Shown: positions 1-11,889, counted from the first letter of the stretch. The stretch is 64,000 bases of DNA from Chrysemys picta bellii (GCF_011386835.1 NC_088794.1:1860001-1924000); one strand, 5' to 3'. Translations and numbers: made by a program. The notes: generated by a model from the sequence alone, not told the origin.

Positions 1-1105
1 CCTCCAGGGGACGCCAGCTCCCATCGGCCCCTGGGCGGCGGGGGGGACTGGCTGGCTCGGGGCCAGGACACGGGGCCGTTCCCCTCCAGGGGACGCCGGC
101 TCCCATCGGCCCCGGGGCGGGGGGGGACTGGCTGGCTCGGGGCCGGGACACGGGGCCGTTCCCCTCCAGGGGACGCCAGCTCCCATCGGCCCCGGGGCGG
201 GGGGGGGGACTGGCTGGCTCGGGGCCGGGACACGGGGCCGTTCCCCTCCAGGGGACGCCAGCTCCCATCGGCCCCGGGGCGGGGGGGGGACTGGCTGGCT
301 CGGGGCCGGGACACGGGGCCGTTCCCCTCCAGGGGACGCCAGCTCCCATCGGCCCCGGGGCGGGGGGGGGGGGCTGGCTGGCTCGGGGCTGGGACACGGG
401 GCCGTTCCCCTCCAGGGGACGCCAGCTCCCATCGGCCCCGGGGCGGGGGGGGGGACTGGCTGGCTCGGGGCTGGGACACGGGGCCGTTCCCCTCCAGGGG
501 ACGCCAGCTCCCATCGGCCCCGGGGCGGGGGGGGGACTGGCTGGCTCGGGGCTGGGACACGGGGCCGTTCCCCTCCAGGGGACGCCAGCTCCCATCGGCC
601 CCGGGGCGGGGGGGGGGGGGACTGGCTGGCTCGGGGCCAGGACACGGGGCCGTTCCCCTCCAGGGGGCGCCAGCTCCCATCAGCCCCTGGGGGGACTGGC
701 TGGCTCGGGGCTGGGACACGGGGCCGTTCCCCTCCAGGGGACGCCAGCTCCCATCGGCCCCGGGGCGGCGGGGGGGACTGGCTGGCTCGGGGCCAGGACA
801 CGGGGCCGTTCCCCTCCAGGGGGCGCCAGCTCCCATCGGGGCGGGGGGGGAGGGACTGGCTGGCTCGGGGCTGGGACACGGGGCCGTTCCCCTCCAGGGG
901 GCGCCAGCTCCCATCGGCCCCGGGGCGGGGGGGGGACTGGCTGGCTCGGGGCTGGGACACGGGGCCGTTCCCCTCCAGGGGACGCCAGCTCCCATCGGCC
1001 CCGGGGCGGGGGGGGGGGCTGGCTGGCTCGGGGCTGGGACACGGGGCCGTTCCCCTCCAGGGGACGCCAGCTCCCATCGGCCCCGCGGGGGCTGGCTGGC
1101 TCGGG
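1..1105. repeat. Intronic GC-rich minisatellite, about 59-63 bp unit, about 18 copies
   Basis: Unit CCTCCAGGGGACGCCAGCTCCCATCGGCCCCGGGGCG(G)nACTGGCTGGCTCGGGGCYRGGACACGGGGCCGTTCC repeats from base 1 to just before the acceptor at 1137-1138. Confidence 0.95.
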
Positions 1106-1789
1106 GGGTCTCACTGCCTCTCTCTTACCCCCCCCCAGGTCCGTCACGCTCCAGCCTAGACCTGCCTCCCTCTGAGAAGGTTTTGACCTGGTCCCTGCGC
1201 CCGGAGCGCCCCTCGGACTCTGATTTGGGGGGCTGGGGGGCCCCGCCCGAGGGGGCCAGCCCTGCCATCGTGCTGTATAACTGCTTCGCAATGTGGCTGT
1301 GACTCCTAAACCCCCCAGGCTGTGCCTCTGGGGGGGCCGGCGGGGGGGGCCCAGTGGGGGAATCTCTCCTGCTTCGTATCTAATGAGTTAACAATTGTAA
1401 TTAGCCCCTGCCGTGCTGCTGGGAATGTGGGGGGCGTGGGGGGGCCGGGGTACTCCCTTAGGAGTTCCTATTGCCTCCCAGTTCCTGTCTGTCTCATGGG
1501 GGGGGTTAGTGCCTGCCCTGCTAACATGTGAGGGGTCCAGCCCCCTCCCCTGCCTGCCCTGCCTGCTCTAGTCTGGCAGGGAGGGGGGAGGATTTCTACT
1601 GCCCCCCCTGGGGGGGGGCCTGGGTGTGAATTGATGAGCCAGGGTTGGCGGCTCCCCCCGGGGTGAAAGAACCCTAGAGTTGGGGGGGGGGGGGAGGGGC
1701 AGATATTTGTATTTTCATCCCTCCCCCCACCTGGGGGCGCCACCCTCTGTTCAAAGGGCTACAGCAGCACCTGCTGCCTCCTCCTGGAG

Positions 1790-2365
1790 CCCCCCCCCAA
1801 CTGACCTGCACATGAACCCCGGAGTCTGGGCTCCCTGTCCCCCCCCCCAACCCACTGGCAACACCCCCTCCCAGAGCTGGGAGAGAACCCCGCAGTCCTG
1901 GCTCCCCGCTCCCCCCCCCCCCCACTGGCAACACCCTCCTCCCAGAGCTGGGAGAGAACCCCAGAGTCCGGGCTCCCCGCTCCCCCCGCCCCCCCACTGG
2001 CAACACCCTCCTCCCAGAGCCCGGAGAGAACCCCAGAGTCCGGGCTCCCCGCTCCCCCCCCACTGGCAACACCCTCCTCCCAGAGCTGGGAGAGAACCCC
2101 GCAGTCCTGGGTCCCCGCCCCCACCCTCCTCCCAGAGCCCGGAGAGAACCCCGGAGTCCGGGCTCCCTGCCCCCCGCCCCCCCCCTGGCAACACCCTCCT
2201 CCCAGAGCCCGGAGACAACCCCAGAGTCCGGGCTCCCTGCCCCCCCCCCCCCACTGGTAACACCCTCCTCCCAGAGCCCGGAGAGAACCCCAGAGTCCGG
2301 GCTCCCTGCCCCCCCCTCCCCCCCACTGGCAACACCCTCCTCCAGAGCTCGGAGAGAACCCCAGT
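1790..2365. repeat. About 62-bp tandem repeat (reverse-oriented SINE-head-like unit)
   Basis: Repeated CCCACTGGCAACACCCTCCTCCCAGAGCYGGGAGAGAACCCCAGAGTCCGGGCTCCC. Confidence 0.85.
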
Positions 2366-2573
2366 GTCCTCAGTTTCCCTGTCTGATTGGCTACCCCTGT
2401 CTGCAATGTGGGCTGATCCTTGGTCCTCCTGCCCCCCCCCCAGACAGAGCCCCCACCTGTCGGGGGCCCACTGGGAGCCGGCCCCGTGGGGGGGGAAGCT
2501 GGGGTGTTGTGCTGCTCTTGGGGGGGAATTGCCTGGGCTCTGGTGCCCCTGCTATGGACTGTACAGACCCCCC

Positions 2574-2579
2574 AATAAA
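2574..2579 (+). terminator. Polyadenylation signal of the upstream gene
   Basis: AATAAA followed by a CT/GT-rich downstream tract. Confidence 0.6.
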
Positions 2580-2699
2580 CCCTTCTGGATCCGAGCCTGT
2601 CTCTCACTGGGGGGAGCTGTGCTGGGGGGGGGGGGCGTGGGGCAGAGCCCCCCCCAGAGCCAGGCAGTTGGTTAATGAGCGGGGGGGGGGGCAGTAGGT

Positions 2700-3185
2700 G
2701 ATGGACTTTGTCCCTGGGTGGTTGGGGAAGCTCTGGCGGGGGCGGGGGGGGGGAAGTGTCCCGGGAGGAGGAGGGGGGCTGCGGGGGGAAGGGGACTGTT
2801 CCCGCGGGGGGCCGTATCCCCGCGGGGGGGGGCGTATCCCGGGAGGGGAGCTGTGTCCCCGGGGGGGGGACTGTGCCTGCGCGGGGGGGGGGTAAGGGGA
2901 GTGCGCCCGATGGGGGGGCCGTGTCCCGGGAAGGGGGCTGTGCTCGCGGGGGGGCCGTGTCCCGGGAGGGGGGCTGTGTCCCCGGGGGGAACTGTCCCCG
3001 CGGGGGGGCCGTGTCCCGGGAAGGGGGCTGTGCTCGAGGGGGGGGCTGTGTCCCCGGGGGGGCCGTGTCCCCGGGGAGAACTGTTCCCGCGGGGGGGCGT
3101 CTCCCAGGAGGGAAGCTGTGCTCGCGGGGGGGCCGTGTCCCGGGAGGGGGGCTGTGTCCCCGGGGGGGGGGGCCTGTCCCGCGTG
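2700..3185. repeat. G-rich short-unit tandem repeat immediately upstream of GDPD3
   Basis: Repeated GGGGGCCGTGTCCCGGGAGGGGGCTGTG-type units. Confidence 0.8.
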
Positions 3186-3293
3186 GGTGGCTGCTCCCGC
3201 CCCACCCCACCCCAGCCTTTGCCCCGCGCCCCGCCCGGACCGGCTCCTCCAGCCCGGCCGGTCCCGGCCCCGATCCCGCCCCGCTCCCGAGCC

Positions 3294-6200
3294 ATGGCGG
3301 CCCCGCTCCTGCTGGCGCTGCCGGCCCTGGGGGGCTTCGCCCTGGCCTCGCTCTGCCTCCGCCGCCGGCCCCGGCTCCTGCACCGGCCCCGCCAGCCCCC
3401 GTTCCCCTGCCGCCACGTGGCCCACCGGGGGGGTGAGCGGGGGACCGGGGCGGGGGGGGAGGGGACGGCAGGTGCGGTGGGGGAGGGGCGGCAGGAGCAG
3501 GGAGGGGGCGGCAGGTGCGGTGGGGGAGGGGCACCAGGTGCGGTGGGGGCGGCAGGTGCGGTGGGGGAGGGGAGGGGCGGCAGGAGCGGTGGGGACGGCA
3601 GGTGCGGTGGGGGAGGGGCACCAGGTGCGGTGGGGGCGACAGTTGCGGTGGGGGGAGGGGGAGCTGGCTCAGACCCGACCCCCCCCCCGTGCCGAGGCTC
3701 TGCCCCCTCCCCCGCACCTGGCTTTGTAACCTGCCCTTTTCCCCCCACCTGTGGGGCGGGCTGGGAGGGTGGATTCCTCCCTTCTGCTCCTTGCCCTGAG
3801 TAGGGAGCGTTGCCATCCCGGATGCCTGGGTCCCATCCCGGAAGGTGTGACCAAGCTGGGGTTAGAAACCAGGTGTCCGGGTGGGAGACCCACATCGTCC
3901 CCAGGGCAGGGGGAACAGGAGCAGGGGGCAGGATAATCACCCCTGGGCTGGGGGCCTGGGAGCCGTGGGGCAAGGGAGCCGTGGGGCTGGGAGCTGTAGG
4001 GTGGGGAACAGTGGGACACAGGGCTGGGAGCGGTGGGGCAGGGGGCTGGAAGCAGTGGGTCTGGGAACAATGGGGCAGGGAGCCGTGGGGCGGGGGTCTG
4101 GAAGCAGTGGGTCTGGGAGCAGTGGGTCAGGGGTCTCTGACATGGGCATTCATTTCTCCCCCCATCGCCCCCAGGCTGCGGCGAGAGGATTGAGAACACC
4201 ATGGAGGCTTTTACCCAGTGAGTGACCCCCAAGCGCCCTCTCCCACCCCTCCGCCCGCACCCCAGCCCCCCTCCCTGGTGTACCCCTGCTCCTGCGTGCC
4301 CCTGGCTGTGCCCCTCCCTGACCCTACTCCCCCAGCCCCCTGTCCCTATTAGTACATAAGAGCGTCTGGAACAGGTCAGCCAGAGGGTCCATCCAGGCTC
4401 GTGTCCCGTCTGCCAACGGCAGCCAGTGCCGGGGCCCCAGAGGGAATCACCGAGTGACCCACCCCCTGCACCCATTGCCAGCCCCTGGCAAACAGAGGCC
4501 TGGGCCACCATCCCCGCCCAGCCTGGCTAGTAGCCACTGATGGACCTGTCCTCCACGAGCGTATCTAGCTCTTTATTGAGCCCTGTTATAGCCTTGGCCT
4601 TCACAGCGTCCTGCAGCGAGGAGTTCCCCAGGTTGACTGTGTGTTGGGTGTTTGTTTGTTTTAACCTGCTGCCGACGAATGTCATTGGGTGACCCCTGCC
4701 CCCCCCCCCCCCGTCTCCCCGCAGCGCGGTGGCCCAGGGGACCCAGCTGCTGGAGCTGGACTGTCAGCGCACGCGGGACGGGGTCGTGGTGGTGTCCCAC
4801 GACCAGAACCTGCAGCGCCAGGCAGGCCGGGACCAGAACATCCGGGAGCTGAACTATGTGGTAAGACCCCCGGGCCCCCCACAGAGACAGCCCCCTGGGA
4901 CCCCCTGGCCCCTCCAGAACCCCCACCCCTATAGACAGCCCCATGGGGACCCCCTGGCCCCCACAGAACCCCCATGGAACCCCCTGACCCCATAGACAGC
5001 CCCACAGGGACCCCCTGACCCCCACAGAACCCACATGGGACCCCCACAGGGACCCCCACAGAACCCCCTGACACCTGTAGACAGCCCCACGGGGACCCCC
5101 TGACCCCCACAGAACCCCCTGACCCCCATAGACAGCCCCATGGGGACCCCCTGACACCCACAGAACACCCATGGGACCCCATGACCCCCACAGAATACCC
5201 ATGGGATCCCCACCCCCATAGACAGACCCACGCGGACCCCCTGACCTCCACAGACCCCCCCAGGACCCTCACCCCCATAGAAAGCCCCATGGGGACCCCC
5301 AGATCTCCACATAACCTCCACCGGACCCCCACCCTCATAGACTGCCCCACAGGGATCCCTCGACCCCTATGGGAAACCCCAACCCCCAGAATGTCTAACT
5401 ACCCATAGACACCCCAATCCATCGAACTCCCCGCACCCAGGTCCCCAGCCACCTGAGACCAGGCCATCTGGGACCTGGACTATGGGGGGACTATGGGGTG
5501 AGACACCCCCAAGCCCTCATAGATACCCTAGGAGCCCCCAACCCCAGACACGCCATGGGGACCCCCCACACTCCAAGCCCCCAAATACACCCCCCACAGG
5601 AGCTCCTCCCCAGCACCCCAAAACCCCCTCCTGGGAACAGGCAATCTGGGGTGAGAGAACCCCCAGACCTCCCTGTCAGCCCCCACCTGGATTACCAGAT
5701 GAGCCCCTCCCACAAGTTAGCTCCTTTCCTGGGGTGTCTGCTGCCAACCCCCCCCAGATTGCTGACTCCCCACCTCTCTCCCCCAGGATCTGCCCCCCTA
5801 TAGAGACCCCCTGGAAGTGACCTTCTTGCCCGGTAAGTAACCAGTTCCCTCCAGCCCCCACAGGAGGTTTTCCCCTGGGAGGGGGGACCCCAGGGCTGGG
5901 AGGGGGGCACCAGGGGGCTATCCCTGGGAGGGGGGGGCACCAGGGGGCTCTCCTCTGGGAGGGGAGGGGACAGGCCCACCCACTCAACACCCCCCTCCAT
6001 CTTCCCCTCCAGGCGCCTTCTCCTACGGCTCTGACCGCCGCATCCCGCGCCTGGAAGAGGTTTTCCAGAAATTCCCCAACGTCCCCGTCAACGTGGAGAT
6101 CAAACAGGACGACGAGGAGCTGATCCGGCAGGTGAGGGACCCAGGCGTCCGGCCCTGCCTTTCACAGGGACTGAGCCATGTATATGGGCCAGCCTGGTCC

Positions 6201-9200
6201 TGTTGGTAACTCACCAGAACCCCTCCTCCCCGAGGCCTTGGGAGAACCCAGGAGTCCGGGCTCCCAACCCCCTGCTCTAACCCCCTGAGCCGGGGAGTGA
6301 ACCCAGGAGTCCTGACTGTCTGTCTGTCCTACCCTCAGGTGGCGGATCTCGTCCGGCGCTACCAGCGCTCCCACATCACCGTCTGGGCCTCCTTCCAGAG
6401 CAAAATCCTCAAGAAATGCAGGGCAGCCGTACGTCTGTCCGACCCTCCCGTCTGTCCGTCTGTCCCACCCTCCCTCTCTCCCACCTCCTGTCTGTCCAAC
6501 CCCCTGTCTGTCCGACCCTCCCTCTCTCCCACCTCCTGTCTGTCCAACCCCCCGTCTGTCTGTTTGTCCCATCCCCGTCTGTCCGTCTGTCCCACCCTCC
6601 CTCTCTCCCACCTCCTGTCTGTCCAACCCCCCCGTCTGTCCGACTCCTGTCTGTCCGTCTGTCCCACCCTCCCTCTCTCCCACCTCCTGTCTGTCCAACC
6701 CCCTGTCTGTCCGACCCTCCCTCTCCCCCACCTCCTGTCTGTCCAACCCCCCCATCTGTCCGATCCCCGTCTGTCCATCTGTCCCACCCTCCCTCTCTCC
6801 CACCTCCTGTCTGTCCAACCCCCCGTCTGTCCGACTCCCGTCTGTCCGTCTGTCCCACCCTCCCTCTCTCCCACCTCCTGTCTGTCCAACCCTCCCGTCT
6901 GTCCGACTCCCGTCTGTCCGTCTGTCCCACCCTCCCTCTCTCCCACCTCCTGTCTGTCCAACCCCCCCGTCTGTCCGACTCCCGTCTGTCCGTCTGTCCC
7001 ACCCTCCCTCTCTCCCACCTCCTGTCTCTCCAACCCCCTGTCTGTCCCACCCTCCCTCTCTCCCACCTCCTGTCTGTCCAACCCCCTGTCTGTCCGACCC
7101 TCCCTCTCCCCCACCTACTGTCTGTCCAACCCCCCCATCTGTCCGACTCCCGTCTGTCCGTCTGTCCCACCCTCCCTCTCTCCCACCTCCTGTCTGTCCA
7201 ACCCCCCCGTCTGTCCGACTCCCGTCTGTCCGTCTGTCCCACCCTCCCTCTCTCCCACCTCCTGTCTGTCCAACCCCCTGTCTGTCCGACCCTCCCTCTC
7301 TCCCACCTCCTGTCTGTCCAACCCCCCGTCTGTCTGTCTGTCCCATCCCCGTCTGTCTGTCTGTCCCGCCCTCCCTCTCTCCCACCTCCTGTCTGTCCAA
7401 CCCCCCGTCTGTCCGACCCCCGTCTGTCTGTCTGTCCCACCCTCCCACCTCCCGTCTGTCCCATCCCCGTCTGTCCCATCCCCCGTCTGCCTGTCTGTCT
7501 CATCCCCGTCTGTCCCCCCCTTCCTCTCTTCCACCTCCCGTCTGTCCTTCCCCCATCCCTCCCACCCCCCATCTGTCTGTCTGTCCCAACTCCCGTCTCT
7601 CCCACCCCCTCTGTCCACCTGGCCTCCCAACCCTCACAGCAAGACACCCTCCCCACAGCTCCCGTCCCCCTCTGTCCATCCATCCCCCCAGGTCCCCACA
7701 CCCTGACCCTCTCTCCTCTCCCCAGAACCCCGACATGCCCTACATCTTCTCCGTGCAGCGCGGCCTCCTCCTGGTGCTTCTCTACTACACCGGCCTGCTG
7801 CCCTTCGTCCCACTGCCCGAGTCCTTCCTCCAGTTCCCGCTGCCCTCCATCATCAACAGGTGCCGCCGGACGCCTGGGTCCCGCGGGCAGGAGGGGGGCT
7901 GGTGGTTAGAGCGGTGGGGGGCTGGGAGCCAGGACTCCTGGGTCCTCTCCCCCGCTCTGGGAAGGGAGTGGGGGCTGGTGGGTTAGATGGGGGGGGCTGG
8001 GAGCCAGGACTCCTGGGTCTTCTCCCCAGCTCTGGGAAGGGAGTGGGGGCTGGTGGGTTAGATGGGGGGGGGGCTGGGAGCCAGGACTCCTGGGTCCTCT
8101 CCCTAGCTCTGGGAAGGGTGTGGGGGCTGGGAGCCAGGACTCCTGGGTCTTCTCCCCAGCTCTGGGAAGGGAGTGGGGGCTGGTGGGTTAGATGGGGGGG
8201 GGGGGCTGGGAGCCAGGACTCCTGGGTCTTCTCCCCAGCTCTGGGAAGGGAGTGGGGGCTGGTGGGTTAGATGGGGGGGTGGGTTGGACACCTGGGTCCA
8301 ATTGACATGATCTCTTTCTCTCTCTCTCTCTCTCTCAGGACCTATTTCCCGGTGCCTAAAGGCTGCATGGGAAACCTGCTGGCAAAATTCACCCACATGT
8401 GAGTGGGGGGAGGGGACAGGAAAAGGCCACGCCCCCACCCAATCAAGAGACCTAAATTGCAAACCACGCCCCCACCCCCTTTCACCCCTTACATAGGTGG
8501 TCCCTTGACCCCTTCCCTCCGCCCCCTTAAACGGAGGGGAAAGTGGCATTAGCAGCACTGGAAACATGGTCCCCCCCACCTCTCTGACTGTGCCCCTCCC
8601 CCCAGGGTCACCATGAGGAAGAAACTTTTCAAACATCTGGAGGACAGAGGAATTCAGGTGAGGCTCCAGGGGGCTGCGGGGCGGGAGTGAGGGGCACCGG
8701 CAGGGCAGGGGGGGGCACGGGGCTGTGGGTCGGGAGTGAGGGGCACTGTTAGGGCTGGGGGGCTGCGGGTCGGGAGTGAGGGGCACCGGCAGAGCTGGGG
8801 GGGGGGGGCACGGGGCTGTGGGTTGGGAGTGAGGGGCACTGTTAGGGCTGGGGGGGTAGGGGGCTGTGGGTTGGGGGGGCAGAGCTGGGATGGGGGGGGC
8901 TGTGAGTTGGGGGGGGCAGAGCTGGGCTGGCAGGGGGATGCAGGTTGGGAGTGAGGGGCACCGGCAGAGCTGGGGGGGGGTACGGGGCTGTGGGTCCGGA
9001 GTGAGGGGCACTGTTAGGGTTGGGGGGGCGGGGGGCTGTGGGTTGGGGGGCAGAGCTGGGCTGGGCTGTCAGGGGGCTGCGGGTCGGGAGTGAGGGGCAC
9101 CGGCAGGGCTGGGGGGCAGGGGGCTGGAGGTTGGGGGGGACAGGGCTGGGCTGGGGGGGTCTGCAGGTCGGGAGTGAGGGGCACCACCGGGGCTCTTTTC

Positions 9201-9367
9201 ACCTCTGCCCCCCCCCCCAGGTGCTCCTGTGGGTGCTGAACGAGGAGAAGGATTTCGAGGAGGCTTTTAGCTACGGGGTCTCGGGGGTCATGTCCGACTA
9301 CCCCGCCCTGCTGCGCCGCTACCTGGACACCCACCCACCCCCCGGGCAGGACGAGACGGACGAGTGA
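3294..9367 (+). CDS. GDPD3: Lysophospholipase D GDPD3 (glycerophosphodiester phosphodiesterase domain), 10 coding exons, 321 aa
   Basis: Exons 3294-3432, 4175-4217, 4725-4860, 5787-5832, 6013-6131, 6339-6428, 7726-7859, 8339-8398, 8606-8657, 9221-9367 total 966 nt, all GT-AG, frame intact. Motifs: N-terminal TM helix, AHRGGCGERIENTMEAF, LELDC, VVVSHD, NVEIK, GVMSDYP. Position next to YPEL3 favours GDPD3 over GDPD1. Confidence 0.95.
4350..4665 (-). mobile_element. Degenerate CR1 LINE 3' fragment in GDPD3 intron 2
   Basis: Aligns by eye to the reverse complement of the CR1 3' end at 41203-41759 (CATAAGA...GGTCCATCCAG...CCCTGTTATAG...GAGTTCC.CAGGTTGACTGTG). Confidence 0.8.
4865..5330. repeat. 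C-rich intronic minisatellite (GDPD3 intron 3)
   Basis: Repeated GACAGCCCCATGGGGACCCCCTGACCCCCACAGAACCC units. Confidence 0.8.
6430..7480. repeat. CT-rich intronic minisatellite (GDPD3 intron 6)
   Basis: Alternating CTGTCTGTCCAACCCCCCGTCTGTCCGAC and CCCACCCTCCCTCTCTCCCACCTC modules. Confidence 0.95.
7900..8280 (+). repeat. Tandem array of tRNA-SINE-head-like units, about 62 bp (GDPD3 intron 7)
   Basis: GGGGCTGGGAGCCAGGACTCCTGGGTYYTCTCCCCAGCTCTGGGAAGGGAGTGGGGGCTGGTGGGTTAGA repeated. Confidence 0.85.
8670..9190 (-). repeat. Array of the 61-bp GGTGCCCCTCACTCCCGACCCGCAGCCCC family, reverse orientation (GDPD3 intron 9)
   Basis: Repeated GGGCTGCGGGTCGGGAGTGAGGGGCAC. Confidence 0.9.
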
Positions 9368-9449
9368 CGGGGCTGCTGCCCCTTCCTGGGGGTGCCTGAT
9401 GGAGGGTTGGGTGGCTCTGCCCATGGTCATTCTCATCGCTGGGGTCTGA

Positions 9450-10285
9450 GGGTCGGGAGTGAGGGGCACCGGCGGGGCTGGGTTGGGGGGGGGCTGCAGG
9501 TCGGGAGTGAGGGGCACCGGGGGATGTATTGGGGGGGGGCTGCAGGTCGGGAGTGAGGGGCACCGGGGGATGTATTGGGGGGGGGCTGCAGGTCGGGAGT
9601 GAGGGGCACCGGGGGATGTATTGGGGGGGGGGCTGCAGGTCGGGAGTGAGGGGCACCGGGGGATGTATGGGGGGGGCTGCAGGTCGGGAGTGAGGGGCAC
9701 CGGGGGATGTATGGGGGGGGGGCTGCAGGTCGGTAGTGAGGGGCACCGGGGGATGTATTGGGGGGGGGCTGCAGGTCGGGAGTGAGGGGCACCGGGGGAT
9801 GTATGGGGGGGCGCTGCAGGTCGGTAGTGAGGGGCACCGGGGATGTATTGGGGGGGGGGGGCTGCAGGTCGGTAGTGAGGGGCACCGGGGGATGTATTGG
9901 GGGGGGGCTGCAGGTCGGTAGTGAGGGGCACCGGGGGATGTATTGGGGGGGGGGCTGCAGGTCGGTAGTGAGGGGCACCGGGGATGTATTGGGGGGGGGC
10001 TGCAGGTCGGTAGTGAGGGGCACCGGGGGATGTATTGGGGGGGGGGGCTGCAGGTCGGTAGTGAGGGGCACCGGGGGATGTATTGGGGGGGGGGGGCTGC
10101 AGGTCGGTAGTGAGGGGCACCGGGGATGTATTGGGGGGGGGGGCTGCAGGTCGGTAGTGAGGGGCAGCGGGGGCTGTATTGCGGGGGGGGCTGCAGATCG
10201 GTAGTGAGGGGCACCGGGGATGTATTGGGGGGGGGGCTGCAGGTCGGGAGTGAGGGGCACCAGGGGCTGTATTTCGGGGGGGGGT
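9450..10285. repeat. About 44-46 bp minisatellite inside the GDPD3 3' UTR
   Basis: GGGCTGCAGGTCGGKAGTGAGGGGCACCGGGGGATGTATTG(G)n repeated about 18 times between the stop codon (9367) and AATAAA (10292). Confidence 0.9.
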
Positions 10286-10291
10286 CTCATT

Positions 10292-10297
10292 AATAAA
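10292..10297 (+). terminator. GDPD3 polyadenylation signal
   Basis: First AATAAA downstream of the stop codon, followed by a GT/CT-rich tract. Confidence 0.75.
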
Positions 10298-10679
10298 TTC
10301 GCTTTGGATTAATTCGTGTCTCTCTCTCTCCTTCTCCCGGCGGTGGGGGGGGGGGGTTGAACCGGGGCCTGGGGCGGGGTCTCCGCGATCCCAGGGACGT
10401 TCCTGTCGCCCAGAGCTGGGCTCGCCCCTGGCAGCGCTCCCGGACACCTGGGTCCCTTTCCCCACCCCGCGATGTGGGCACTGAGGGAGGGTTCAGCTGC
10501 CCGGCCCCACCCACACACCAGCCGGGGCGAGGCTCCTCCATGCCCCCTCTCCCTGCCTGGCCCATGTTCCCTCCCCCACCCCAGCCTGGAGTGCCCCCTC
10601 CCCCAGCTCCCCCTCCCTGGCCCTGCGTGCCCCCCGCACCCCTCTCCACCCCACACACAGCAGCGGTGCTGCCCACTTT

Positions 10680-10941
10680 AAACCCCGCCCCCTTTATTCA
10701 GATCCGCCCTCTTCCCCCTCAGCCACTCCGCTGCGCCCTCGCTCCGCCCAGCAGCGCCTCATTTGCATGCCGCCTTCCCGTTGGCGGCTGGGGGTGGCGC
10801 AGGGGCTGCTGGGAGGAGGGGGTGGGGGGGTGCCAGCTGGTTTGTAAACAAGCGCTGGAGCCTGCGCTGGAGCCTGGGGGGTCCCCGCGCTGCGCCCCCC
10901 GCCCGGCCCCTCACCCTCAGCCACAAAGACCAGGGCCACAG
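10680..10941 (+). promoter_or_regulatory. Putative YPEL3 promoter and non-coding first exon
   Basis: CpG-rich unique block with GC boxes, octamer ATTTGCAT (10761-10768), forkhead-type TGTAAACA (10843-10850) and donor CAG|GTGAGG at 10941/10942. Confidence 0.6.
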
Positions 10942-11479
10942 GTGAGGCGTCGGGCGGCCCCGACACTGCGGGTCCCTTATGGGGCCGGAAAGGGGGGGTG
11001 TAGATGTATGTCCGCCTCTATAGGGCTCGGGAGGGGGATTGTTTGTGGGCGGGGCCAGGAGGCCCTATAGATCGGGGTTCTAGAACTCATCCCCGTAATG
11101 TGTGGGGTTTATAGGGGGGGTGCACGTAGTGGTTACAGCCCCCACTTTCTGGGCCTAGGGGGGCGGCGCGGGAGTACCTTTCCCCCATAGATCGGACCAG
11201 CTGCCCCAGGGGCTGTAGCGCGTATGGCTCGCGGGGGGCCCTTGCAGAGACCCTATGGGGAGCTGCTAGGCAGGCAGGGTCTCTATGGGGTTAGGCCCCT
11301 AGCAGCCAAGGGGACCCGGAACCTACTGTCCGTCCCGCCCCCCTAGGGGCCCGGCTTGCAGCATCCCTGGCGCGGGGGGAGGCCAAGGCCGGGGCAGCGC
11401 TGGGTGCAGGGGGGTGCTGTGGGGCGGGCAGGGGAAGAGCCGGATGGGGGTGAGGAAGCAGGAGACAAACCACATTGGA

Positions 11480-11790
11480 GCCAGGACGCCTGGGTTCTCT
11501 CCCCGGCTCTGGGAGGGGCGTGGGGGCTGGTGGGTTAGAGCAGGGGGGGCTGGGAGCCAGGACTCCTGGGTTCTCTCCCCAGCTCTGGGAGGGGAGTGGG
11601 GGCTGGTGGGTGAGAGCGGGGGGGGGGGCTGGGAGCCAGGACTCCTGGGTTCTCTCCCCAGCTCGGGGAGGGGAGTGGGGGCTGGTGGGATAGAGCGGGG
11701 CGGGGGGCTGGGAGCCAGGACTCCTGGGTTCTCTCCCCAGCTCGGGGAGGGGAGGGGAGGGGGGCTGGGAACCAGGACGCCTGGGTTCTA
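11480..11790 (+). repeat. Tandem tRNA-SINE-head-like units in YPEL3 intron 1
   Basis: GGTGGGTTAGAGC...GGGAGCCAGGACTCCTGGGTTCTCTCCCC repeated. Confidence 0.8.
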
Positions 11791-11889
11791 TCCTTGGTGC
11801 TGCTACGGCCTCTTGACAATCGGTGAGAACTGACCAGGGCGAAAGGCAGCCGGGTGGATGGTACCCGGGCTGGAGTGAACCCAGTGCCG

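Larger units (their letters stand above)
1139..2600 (+). other. Putative terminal exon / 3' UTR of the upstream gene (MAPK3 expected by synteny, not confirmed)
   Basis: Polypyrimidine tract plus CAG acceptor (AG 1137-1138), unique sequence, and AATAAA at 2574-2579. One frame stays open to TGA 1300-1302 (PSRSSLDLPPSEK...IVLYNCFAMWL), which I do not recognise. Confidence 0.5.
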
